Shown piece after piece: positions 56,337 to 63,607 of a DNA stretch of 64,000 nt. The notes under the pieces are model-generated. The model did no database searches, was not told the origin of the DNA, and worked only from the letters and a program-made list of their open reading frames with translations. The position numbers were made by a program, and so were the translations under genes. The stretch covers positions 143,858 to 207,857 of the IMG/VR virus record IMGVR_UViG_3300017987_000001; one strand, given 5' to 3'. How positions within the stretch are numbered: the stretch's first letter is position 1; each line of letters opens with the position of its first letter.

Positions 56337-56800
56337 TAGAAGGTACGCTTGAACCACGTCGAGATCTTGTCGGCGGTGATGTGCAGCAGTGCACTCGCCT
56401 CAAGTCCGGCAAGCGCAGAAACGAGCGACCACTTGTGTGTGATCGCCCACTCCTGCAGCTCAGGTAGCGACGTCTTCTCCAGTAGAACGAACGGAGTGAG
56501 CACCAGCGCCACGAGGGGGCTGATGTAGATGAGCCGCGCCAGCGTGCCAATGATCGGCGTGTGGCTGAGCAAGCCGCGATGAGGCACGTACTTCTGGTAC
56601 AACCGCCAGTACCATGAAAGCCAGCCCCAGTGCTTGTATGGCTCCGATTCGAGATCGAGGTCAGGATTGAAAGCCAGAGCCGCGAACAGAAAAGCTGAAA
56701 TGCCGGGCAGTGCCAGCACGTCAAAGAAGTAGATCGCCACAGGTGCAGCGATAAGTACCATCATGACGTTCAGCTTGTTGTGTCCGCGATCATCTGGCAT
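56336..56800 (-). CDS. DUF2227-like metal-binding membrane protein
   Basis: NPDLD, PHRGLLSHTP, LHITAD. Confidence 0.75.
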   Translation of the reverse strand: MPDDRGHNKLNVMMVLIAAPVAIYFFDVLALPGISAFLFAALAFNPDLDLESEPYKHWGWLSWYWRLYQKYVPHRGLLSHTPIIGTLARLIYISPLVALVLTPFVLLEKTSLPELQEWAITHKWSLVSALAGLEASALLHITADKISTWFKRTF

Positions 56801-56802
56801 TG

Positions 56803-57261
56803 CTACTCCTCGAAACCGTCGACCAAATCGGACTCCTCATAGCCATCAAGGATGTCCGGTCGCGTCGGAACCTCGATGATGTTGTCGCTTGCTGCCAAGT
56901 GATGCGCAGCAGCCCAATCCTCAACCAGCTGTCGACGCTCCGGATCCCATTGTTTGATGATGTCAATTGGCACGTCGTAACTGACACACAACAGTAGATC
57001 GCGCAGCACCTCAAAAGAGTTGGCACCCTCGGAGGGATTTGAACCCCCAACCTCAGGTTCGAAGCCTGAGATGATATCCGTTTCACCACGAGGGTATCTC
57101 TTATCCAACTGCTCCAATAGAAGATCTTCCTCGACATAATACGGGTCGTATCCGCCGGGAAACGCATTGCCGAGAAGCTGCATGAGCCGCAGATCCGGAT
57201 TGTTCAGCCAGATCCTGCGAATCTTCGATAAGACCTTGTTGATTCTTCCAGCGGGTCTCAC
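56803..57261 (-). CDS. hypothetical ORF reading through tRNA-Arg(UCG); may be two genes
   Basis: RINKVL...IWLNNPDLRLMQLL...YYVEED; no stop before or within the tRNA. Confidence 0.5.
   Translation of the reverse strand: MRPAGRINKVLSKIRRIWLNNPDLRLMQLLGNAFPGGYDPYYVEEDLLLEQLDKRYPRGETDIISGFEPEVGGSNPSEGANSFEVLRDLLLCVSYDVPIDIIKQWDPERRQLVEDWAAAHHLAASDNIIEVPTRPDILDGYEESDLVDGFEE
57021..57095 (-). tRNA. tRNA-Arg(UCG)
   Basis: TCAGG-CTTCGAA-CCTGA; CCA. Confidence 0.88.
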
Positions 57262-57274
57262 GCTGTTCCTTTCA

Positions 57275-57352
57275 TGGTCGGGATGAGAGGATTTGAACCT
57301 CCGACCTCCTGACCCCCAGTCAGGCGCGCTAACCAAACTGCGCTACATCCCG
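57275..57352 (-). tRNA. tRNA-Pro(GGG)
   Basis: CCTGA-CTGGGGG-TCAGG; CCA. Confidence 0.93.
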
Positions 57353-57355
57353 AAG

Positions 57356-57429
57356 TGGTGTGGTAACGGAGAATCGAACTCCGGCCTCGACGTTGGCAAC
57401 GTCGTGTACTGCCACTATACGATTACCAC
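57356..57429 (-). tRNA. tRNA-Gly(GCC)
   Basis: CGACG-TTGCCAA-CGTCG; CCA. Confidence 0.88.
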
Positions 57430-57674
57430 TACCTTTGTTCAGCGCCGACGTGGTCTTCGTGCGGCGTGTCCACCCAGAAGACCTTCTCCATCGGTATCCG
57501 TCTGACGATCGGGCGTCCCCATTCATCCTTGTCGGGTAGCTCGATGCAGAAGCATCCTGCCTTCACGTAGAAGCGCCGCACGTCCGGGTACCGTTTCGGC
57601 GTACTCGCTGGGTCGAATACGAACTCCACCCAGTACGGCGCCTTCTTCTTCGCTTTCATATCCCAAACGTCCAT
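57429..57674 (-). CDS. hypothetical protein
   Basis: Last base of the TAG is G1 of tRNA-Gly. Confidence 0.55.
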   Translation of the reverse strand: MDVWDMKAKKKAPYWVEFVFDPASTPKRYPDVRRFYVKAGCFCIELPDKDEWGRPIVRRIPMEKVFWVDTPHEDHVGAEQR

Positions 57675-58798
57675 TTCGCCACGTCTATCGCCTTTGGATC
57701 ACCGATGGCCTTCTTCGGGTCGTCCGAAAGCTTGACCACCGGGACGTTGTCGATCTCGACCAGCTTGATGACGATGTTGGCTGATATGGTGCCGGGCACG
57801 TCGTTCGTCAGATTCGTACCGATCCCGAATGCGACCTTGGTCTGCTGAGCGAACTCGCGCTGAAGGCTGATGCACTTCGGCACGTCCAGCGAGTCGCTGA
57901 AGATGATGGTCTTCGACATCGGATCGACGCGTAGCCACTTGTAGTGATTGATCATCCGCCGCGCGAACTCCTTCGAGTTACCGGAATCCTGACGGACACC
58001 GTCGAACAGCCGAGCAAGCTTGCCGTCGAAGTCCTGCAGGAATGCGCTGGTGCCGAACGTGTCGGGGAGCGCGATGCCGAGATCGCCCTCATAGACGTCG
58101 TTCCATGCCTCCAATGCGAACTTGTTGGCGTGTCGCAAACCTACCAGCGCGGAAATCGCTTGGATCCACTCGTGCGCCATCGTACCGATGGGCTTGACCC
58201 CGTGCTTCATGGCGAAGTGTACGTTGCTCGTTCCGATGAAGTTCGGGAACTTCTTCAGCGCTCCTACGACCATGTCCTGCATGTGGTACGAGTAGCGCCG
58301 CCGCGTTCCGAACTCGGCGAACCGGCAGTCTTCGGCAAGCAGCATGCCCGCCTTCTTCAGCGCCTGCTCCTTCTGCTCGTCCCAGTTGGGGCGAGGCTGC
58401 TGCTGCGCCATGATTTGCTCGGTGACGATCGCGAGCAGTGGCACCTCCCAGTAGATAGTTTCGGCCCACAGGCCACTGATCTCGATCTCCGTACCAGCGT
58501 CGGTCGGGGTGATCTTCACGAGGTGCGGATTCGGCTGAAAGTGCTCCAGCCAGTCGATGTACCAGCCTTCCAAGAAGGGGCACTTCTCACGGAGGAACAG
58601 CGACTCCTTGTCGGTCAGCTTCGCGCGGCTGTAGCCCCACATGTGAGAGCTGACGTACTTCGCCATCACCTTCGTGACGGGCTGATGAGCATTTCGGTTG
58701 ACGAACCTGTACGTAGCCTGCGCCTTGGGGAACTTCTTGAGGACAGCTTGCCCCATCGTAAGCTTGTACAGGTCGGTATCAAGGATCGAAGGTTCCAC
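57656..58798 (-). CDS. pncB: nicotinate phosphoribosyltransferase
   Basis: LDTDLYKLTM, EFGTRRR, GTSN, GTMAHEW, VRQDSG, FSDSL, FGIGT, KLSD. Confidence 0.93.
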   Translation of the reverse strand: MEPSILDTDLYKLTMGQAVLKKFPKAQATYRFVNRNAHQPVTKVMAKYVSSHMWGYSRAKLTDKESLFLREKCPFLEGWYIDWLEHFQPNPHLVKITPTDAGTEIEISGLWAETIYWEVPLLAIVTEQIMAQQQPRPNWDEQKEQALKKAGMLLAEDCRFAEFGTRRRYSYHMQDMVVGALKKFPNFIGTSNVHFAMKHGVKPIGTMAHEWIQAISALVGLRHANKFALEAWNDVYEGDLGIALPDTFGTSAFLQDFDGKLARLFDGVRQDSGNSKEFARRMINHYKWLRVDPMSKTIIFSDSLDVPKCISLQREFAQQTKVAFGIGTNLTNDVPGTISANIVIKLVEIDNVPVVKLSDDPKKAIGDPKAIDVAKWTFGI

Positions 58799-59421
58799 TA
58801 CAGCTGCAGCCGTGCGGTGTGCTCGATGAGCACGCCCGCCTTGGCCATCTCCTCGATCGCTTCGACCGTCGTCTTCGGATCCACGCCCTTGCACGCGTCC
58901 AACAGGACGCTTGCGACGTAGCCCCTCTTGACGGCGTCGAGCGCGGTCGCCTTGACGCAGTAGTCCGTGGCAAGGCCGCAGATGATGAGGTTGTCATGCG
59001 GAGGCGTACCGGCGTGCGCCAACGTCTGCAGCATGGCCGTCGGATTCCTGCCCGCGTCCTCGAAGCCGGAATAGCTGTCGAACTGCGGGTTGGTACCCTT
59101 CTCGACGATGAGCTTGCCCTCAACGACCAGCAGCTGACTGTGCAGCTCGTTGCCGGGAGTCTCGACCACGCAGTGATCGGGCCAGAACATCTGTGGCTGC
59201 CCGTTCAGCACGCCCATCGTGAATGGCTCCGTGCCCTGCATCGACGCGAAGCTCTTGTGCATCGGCGGGTGCATGTCCTTCGTGTAGATGATGGGCAATC
59301 GCGAGAAGGCGAACTTGTTGATGACCCGATTGACGACCGGGAGTATGTGGACGGCATCCGGTACGGCAAGGCTGCCGCCGATGAAGTCGTTCTGCATGTC
59401 GACGACTATGAGCGTCGGCAT
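58798..59421 (-). CDS. pncA: nicotinamidase
   Basis: VDMQNDF..GSLAV, DMHP, WPDHCV, YSGF, GLATDYCV. Confidence 0.95.
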   Translation of the reverse strand: MPTLIVVDMQNDFIGGSLAVPDAVHILPVVNRVINKFAFSRLPIIYTKDMHPPMHKSFASMQGTEPFTMGVLNGQPQMFWPDHCVVETPGNELHSQLLVVEGKLIVEKGTNPQFDSYSGFEDAGRNPTAMLQTLAHAGTPPHDNLIICGLATDYCVKATALDAVKRGYVASVLLDACKGVDPKTTVEAIEEMAKAGVLIEHTARLQL

Positions 59422-60203
59422 TATGTTCCTCTCTGGAAGACGAGCAGACCCGCGCCCGACGGCGGGATCTCGCGCTTGTGCTGCGTGCGCTGATAAATGT
59501 CCAATACCTTCTTGTGGAGATCTTCGAGACCCTCGGGGATCGTGTCGCCCTCACTAATGGCGTACACGATCTTGTCGAGGTCGTCGTAGGACGCACCGAG
59601 TTCCTCTTCGTCCGTCTGGCCTTCCCACAGCCCCGCGCTCGGAGCCTTGGTGATGATTGCTTCGGGAACGCCCTTAACGCGCGCGAGCTGCCGCACTTCG
59701 CCCTTCAGCAGCCCCATGATCGGCTCGATGTCGATGCCGCCATCGCCGTACTTCGTGAAGTAGCCCAGCACGTCCTCGGTGAGGTTGGTCGTGCCGACGA
59801 CAAGCAGGTTGTGCGCGTTCGCCACGGCGTAGAGCGCCACCATACGAAGCCGCGACTTCGTGTTCGCGCGGGCCATCTTGCTGCTTCGCAAGTGCCCCGA
59901 AAGCGCACCCAGCTCCAGCGTCTTGAACGTCGGGAACAGGTCGATCTGCTCGGTCGCGATACCGAACGTCTTCGCGACCTCCCGCGCGTGCTCGGCGCCG
60001 ATCTTCGAGCTTTCACAGTCGAGGATCAGCCCGCGTACGCGATTCGCGCCGAGCGCGCCTACGCACAGCGCTGCGACGAGCGACGAGTCCACACCGCCGC
60101 TCAAGCCGACGACGACGCCGCTCGCGCCGACGCCCGCGATGTAGTTCCTGATCCAGTCCTGAATGGCCTCGATCGTCTTCTGTTCGTCGAGTCTCTCAAT
60201 CAC
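59421..60203 (-). CDS. nadE: NH3-dependent NAD+ synthetase
   Basis: GLSGGVDS, NTKSRLRM, GYFTKYGDGG, KAPSAGLWEGQTDE. Confidence 0.95.
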   Translation of the reverse strand: MIERLDEQKTIEAIQDWIRNYIAGVGASGVVVGLSGGVDSSLVAALCVGALGANRVRGLILDCESSKIGAEHAREVAKTFGIATEQIDLFPTFKTLELGALSGHLRSSKMARANTKSRLRMVALYAVANAHNLLVVGTTNLTEDVLGYFTKYGDGGIDIEPIMGLLKGEVRQLARVKGVPEAIITKAPSAGLWEGQTDEEELGASYDDLDKIVYAISEGDTIPEGLEDLHKKVLDIYQRTQHKREIPPSGAGLLVFQRGT

Positions 60204-60220
60204 AACTTCCCCTATCTTGT

Positions 60221-60295
60221 TGGAGCCAGCGAAGGGAATCGAACCCCCATTTTCGGATTACAAAACCGACGTAATGGCCGTTATACGACGCTGGC
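60221..60295 (-). tRNA. tRNA-Thr(UGU)
   Basis: TCGGT-TTTGTAA-TCCGA; CCA. Confidence 0.88.
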
Positions 60296-60300
60296 TCAGT

Positions 60301-60888
60301 CTACTCCAGTTCGTCTTCGCGGATGCCGCCGCTCGTCGGGACTTCCGCTGTACCCGAACGCCCGCCTATGTAGGCGCGGTTGGACATGGCCCACTCGTCC
60401 CGCCATCGCCACTTGCCGAGGACGAGCTGTGCGTAGTCGTCCTGATCGAGTTCGATCTTGTCGTCGACCGACATCTCCAGCATCTGAATCGCGACGGCGA
60501 AGTCTTCGTCGTGCGACTTCGGCACCTCGATGCTGTTGCGCAGCGCACGCGGGAACTTCGCGAGCTTCGGACCCTTGTCCATCAGTTCGCGGCCCAACGC
60601 CATCATGCGCGAGCGCCAGCCCTCCATCGCCGCCTTGTACTCCTCGGCGTGGACGGCGCGTTGCTTCTTCACGGCTTCGATGAGATCCGCCTTCATGACG
60701 GGGAACTTGATACTCAGCATTCGGTCTCCTGATTCGCGACGCAGCGCTCGCACGTTTGCGATCGCTACGCCGAGCTTCTCATAGCACTTGAACCGCAGCG
60801 GCTTGCCGCGAATGTAGCGCGGTACGCGGATGCTGCGGAACGGTACCGCCAGCTCAGGCGGTACCCGTATTCCGCCTTCGTCGGTCAT
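60301..60888 (-). CDS. hypothetical protein (start uncertain)
   Basis: Helical ORF between tRNAs. Confidence 0.6.
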   Translation of the reverse strand: MTDEGGIRVPPELAVPFRSIRVPRYIRGKPLRFKCYEKLGVAIANVRALRRESGDRMLSIKFPVMKADLIEAVKKQRAVHAEEYKAAMEGWRSRMMALGRELMDKGPKLAKFPRALRNSIEVPKSHDEDFAVAIQMLEMSVDDKIELDQDDYAQLVLGKWRWRDEWAMSNRAYIGGRSGTAEVPTSGGIREDELE

Positions 60889-60907
60889 TGAGTTGTCCTT
60901 GAAAGAG

Positions 60908-60984
60908 TGGAGCACGCAGCGGGATTCGAACCCGCACCTTGAGCTTGGAAGGCTCGTATGCTAGCCGTTAAACACCATGCGTGC
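60908..60984 (-). tRNA. tRNA-Gly(UCC)
   Basis: GAGC-CTTCCAA-GCTC; CCA. Confidence 0.9.
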
Positions 60985-60987
60985 GAT

Positions 60988-61118
60988 CCGGAGGTGCGTG
61001 CCGTGGGTTTTCGGGTTATCCCTTGGCATCCTTACGGTAACCGTGGCTTCCCATTGGTGGCCCGACTCGCGTGGCTTTCAGCCCCTCGGGCCAACAGGGC
61101 ATTGTGCCGATCCTCCGG
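60988..61118 (-). ncRNA. candidate multi-stem structured RNA
   Basis: Closing stem CCGGAGG/CCUCCGG, GGCCCGA/UCGGGCC, GAAA and GUAA tetraloops. Confidence 0.4.
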
Positions 61119-61126
61119 GATAAACG

Positions 61127-61202
61127 TGGTAGCGGGACCAGCGAGTCGAACGCTGATTGCCCTAGGTTATGAGCCTAAGTCCGATACCGACCGGCCTCCC
61201 GC
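61127..61202 (-). tRNA. tRNA with CAU anticodon (Met or Ile2), atypical D arm
   Basis: TTAGG-CTCATAA-CCTAG; T arm CAGCG/CGCTG; CCA. Confidence 0.75.
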
Positions 61203-61212
61203 ATCGTCTGTT

Positions 61213-61299
61213 TGGTGCTCAGGAGAGGATTTGAACCTCCACGTCCTTGCGGACACCAGCCCCTCAGACTGGCGCGTCTACCAGTTCCACCACCTGAGC
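61213..61299 (-). tRNA. tRNA-Leu(GAG), long variable arm
   Basis: CCAGT-CTGAGGG-GCTGG; CCA. Confidence 0.93.
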
Positions 61300-61449
61300 A
61301 TGTGGGAGGGCCGTGCGCGCGACCGGCCCTCCAACCATAGCAAGCCCCGGGTAGGGGCGTACAAAGACTGGCAGGTATACCACCCATCACCGGGTTGAGG
61401 TTTCCCTGCCAAAACCAGAAGAGGACGCAGCACCGTCCTCGCCGAACGC

Positions 61450-61536
61450 TGGTGCCGCCGAGAGGATTTGAACCTCCACGGGATTTCTCCCACTAGCTCC
61501 TGAAGCTAGCGCGTATGCCAGTTTCACCACGGCGGC
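61450..61536 (-). tRNA. tRNA-Leu(CAG), long variable arm
   Basis: CTAGC-TTCAGGA-GCTAG; CCA. Confidence 0.93.
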
Positions 61537-61548
61537 AGTAAATGTCAA

Positions 61549-61626
61549 TGGTACTGGGGACAGGATTCGAACCTGCAACATCCTGCTCCTAAGGCAGGCG
61601 CCTCTGCCAGATTGGGCTACCCCAGC
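61549..61626 (-). tRNA. tRNA-Leu(UAG), short variable loop
   Basis: CCTGC-CTTAGGA-GCAGG; CCA. Confidence 0.88.
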
Positions 61627-61628
61627 AC

Positions 61629-61704
61629 TGGGGCGAGCGGCGGGAATTGAACCCGCATCCCCACGGTCACAACGTGGTGTCTTTGCCACTGGACCACGCC
61701 CGCC
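61629..61704 (-). tRNA. tRNA-His(GUG)
   Basis: CCACG-TTGTGAC-CGTGG; G-1:C73; CCA. Confidence 0.92.
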
Positions 61705-61738
61705 ATCAGAAAGTTGAACGCGTGCAACAATGTGAGAA

Positions 61739-61817
61739 TGGCGCCCCCGACAGGATTCGAACCTGCGGCCCCCTGATCGACAATCAGGTGCTCTAAACCG
61801 GGCTGAGCTACGAGGGC
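61739..61817 (-). tRNA. tRNA-Asp(GUC)
   Basis: CCTGA-TTGTCGA-TCAGG; CCA. Confidence 0.9.
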
Positions 61818-61827
61818 GCGTATCTTG

Positions 61828-61904
61828 TGGTACCTCCGAGGGGACTCGAACCCCTACTCTCCACAGTGAGAGTGTGGTGACTTGGCCAGTTCGTCTACGG
61901 AGGC
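61828..61904 (-). tRNA. tRNA-Glu(CUC)
   Basis: CCACA-CTCTCAC-TGTGG; CCA. Confidence 0.9.
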
Positions 61905-61916
61905 TACTGGATGAAA

Positions 61917-61992
61917 TGGAACCCGCGACCGGATTCGAACCGGCACTCTCTAGGGTGAAAACCTAGTGACTTAACCATTCGTCTACGCGGGC
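61917..61992 (-). tRNA. tRNA-Glu(UUC)
   Basis: CTAGG-TTTTCAC-CCTAG; CCA. Confidence 0.9.
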
Positions 61993-62291
61993 TTCTCATC
62001 CGTGGCTTCGGCGAGCATCTGCAGGTACAGCTTCTTCCTGTCCTCGGAGGACAGCGGATGCTCGCCACGCATGCCGCACACCATCAGCTCGTTGAGCAGC
62101 GTCTTGGTGCCCATCGAACGGATGCGCAGCAGGCTGTTGGTTGCGGCACGAAGATGATTGATGTCGCCGGTTCGCAAGTAGCTGAGAAGCTGAAGGCTCA
62201 TATGCCCCGCCTCGTCCGCCGTCGCGAACACCGTATCGACCATCGTCTTCGGTACGTCAGGACTCGTCACGATCGTCACATCTTCAGACAT
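61983..62291 (-). CDS. hypothetical protein
   Basis: AAGGAG RBS; stop is nt 8-10 of tRNA-Glu(UUC). Confidence 0.65.
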   Translation of the reverse strand: MSEDVTIVTSPDVPKTMVDTVFATADEAGHMSLQLLSYLRTGDINHLRAATNSLLRIRSMGTKTLLNELMVCGMRGEHPLSSEDRKKLYLQMLAEATDEKPA

Positions 62292-62302
62292 GTCGCTCCT
62301 TC

Positions 62303-62376
62303 TGGATGCCCCACCGGGACTCGAACCCGGAACCCTCTGCTTCAAAGGCAGATGCTCTGCTTTGAGCTATGGGGCA
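62303..62376 (-). tRNA. tRNA-Gln(UUG)
   Basis: TCTGC-CTTTGAA-GCAGA; CCA. Confidence 0.88.
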
Positions 62377-62387
62377 CCCTTCGTTGG

Positions 62388-62462
62388 TGGCTCCACGGGG
62401 AGGACTTGAACCTCCAACCCTCCGGTTAACAGCCGGATGCACTACCGTTGTGCTACCGTGGA
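62388..62462 (-). tRNA. tRNA-Asn(GUU)
   Basis: TCCGG-CTGTTAA-CCGGA; CCA. Confidence 0.92.
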
Positions 62463-62464
62463 AA

Positions 62465-62538
62465 TGGTGGACCGACCGGGACTCGAACCCGGATCTCCTG
62501 CTTGCAAAACAGGGGTTCTCCCTTTGAACTATCAGCCC
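62465..62538 (-). tRNA. tRNA-Ala(UGC)
   Basis: CCTGT-TTTGCAA-GCAGG; CCA. Confidence 0.9.
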
Positions 62539-62541
62539 AGA

Positions 62542-62617
62542 TGGTTGCCCCGGGAGGACTTGAACCTCCAACTTCCTGATCCAGAATCAGGCGTTCTGCC
62601 AATTGAACTACGGGGCA
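62542..62617 (-). tRNA. tRNA-Gln(CUG)
   Basis: CCTGA-TTCTGGA-TCAGG; CCA. Confidence 0.92.
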
Positions 62618-62618
62618 A

Positions 62619-62695
62619 TGGTGGCCGCACTGGGAATCGAACCCAGAACCTCCCGATTAAGAGTCGGGGACTCTACGCAATTGAGTTACACGGCC
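62619..62695 (-). tRNA. tRNA-Lys(CUU)
   Basis: CCCGA-CTCTTAA-TCGGG; CCA. Confidence 0.92.
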
Positions 62696-62703
62696 GGTAT
62701 ATA

Positions 62704-62779
62704 GAGAAGGCGACGAAGAGGTGTAGAGATCCGTTTACATGGCAATTGTATGTAATCCCTACGGGCATTCGCCTTACTC
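62704..62779 (-). ncRNA. Y-RNA-like element 1 (short)
   Basis: AAGGCGA-AUG...GUAGGGAUU/GAUCUCUAC...UUCG-UCGCCUU. Confidence 0.65.
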
Positions 62780-62784
62780 ACAGA

Positions 62785-62862
62785 TGGTGGGAACGACCGG
62801 ATTTGAACCGGTAACACCGAGTGCTTCAAACTCGTGCTCTACCTGAGTTGAGCTACGTTCCC
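62785..62862 (-). tRNA. tRNA-Phe(GAA)
   Basis: CGAGT-TTGAAGC-ACTCG; CCA. Confidence 0.9.
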
Positions 62863-62889
62863 AAATTCGTTTTCCCGCTCCGCAAGAGA

Positions 62890-62965
62890 TGGTAGGCGCG
62901 GCAGGATTCGAACCTGCGATACCCAGTTTGTAAGACTGGTGTCTTAGCCGCTAGACTACGCGCCT
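62890..62965 (-). tRNA. tRNA-Val(UAC)
   Basis: CCAGT-CTTACAA-ACTGG; CCA. Confidence 0.92.
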
Positions 62966-62975
62966 GCCCAAGTAT

Positions 62976-63085
62976 GTGAACAGCGACAAGAAGTGGAGAG
63001 TGATAGCCTCCATAGGCTTCCCCCGGTAATCGGGGGATCAGGAATTGAACTTGATGTACACCCTACCGGGCATTCGCTGTATCAC
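62976..63085 (-). ncRNA. Y-RNA-like element 2
   Basis: ACAGCGA-AUG...GGGUGUACAU...CUUG-UCGCUGU. Confidence 0.65.
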
Positions 63086-63088
63086 GCG

Positions 63089-63176
63089 TGGTGGGGGCAG
63101 ACGGAGTCGAACCGCCAAAGCCTTTCGGCGGGAGATTTACAGTCTCTTGGGATCGCCACGTTCCCTGTGTACCCCC
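63089..63176 (-). tRNA. tRNA-Tyr(GUA), atypical acceptor/D-arm junction
   Basis: GAGA-CTGTAAA-TCTC; long variable arm; CCA. Confidence 0.82.
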
Positions 63177-63184
63177 AGTGAAGC

Positions 63185-63320
63185 TGCGTCGACTAGAAAT
63201 GGAAGAGTCGTTTTTGCGCTCTACCCACTGAGCTACCGCCGCATCAAGAGCGGCGGGCTGGACTCGAACCAGCGACCTCATCCTCCGTATGGATGTAGAC
63301 CCGTCCGGGCATTCGACGCA
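63185..63320 (-). ncRNA. Y-RNA-like element 3 with circularly permuted tRNA module (YrlA-like)
   Basis: UGCGUCGA-AUG...; T arm GCUGG-UUCGAGU-CCAGC; acceptor CCGCCGC/GCGGCGG closed by UCUUGAU; then D arm; ...CUAG-UCGACGCA. Confidence 0.75.
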
Positions 63321-63328
63321 ACATTTAT

Positions 63329-63397
63329 GTGAACGGACGACGAATAGGTAGGAGTCACCTTTATAATGTAGACCCCAAGGACATTCGTCCGTGTCAC
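63329..63397 (-). ncRNA. Y-RNA-like element 4 (short)
   Basis: ACGGACGA-AUG...GGGGUCUACAU...ACUCC...UUCG-UCGUCCGU. Confidence 0.65.
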
Positions 63398-63402
63398 GCT
63401 TG

Positions 63403-63482
63403 TGGTGGTGCGAGCTGGAGTCGAACCAGCGACCTCCTGTGTATCAGACAGGTGCTCTAACCAAGGGCTGAGCTACCGCACC
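63403..63482 (-). tRNA. tRNA-Ile(GAU)
   Basis: CCTGT-CTGATAC-ACAGG; CCA. Confidence 0.92.
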
Positions 63483-63524
63483 ACTTACGTTTGTGCATTC
63501 CGTATTCGATTTTCAAAGAGCAGC

Positions 63525-63596
63525 GTCGGCGACGAGTTGGGTTGTAGAGATCTGGTATGCTTAAATGGCATGTAATCCCTACGTTCATTCGCCGAC
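63525..63596 (-). ncRNA. Y-RNA-like element 5 (short)
   Basis: GUCGGCGA-AUG...GUAGGGAUU/GAUCUCUAC...CUCG-UCGCCGAC. Confidence 0.65.
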
Positions 63597-63607
63597 ACAC
63601 TTCTAGA

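Larger units (their letters stand above)
12961..61727. repeat. dispersed palindrome TTGNACGCGTNCAA
   Basis: Exact copies at 12961, 17449, 22718, 37297, 51630, 58889 and 61714; one-mismatch copy at 41241. Confidence 0.9.
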
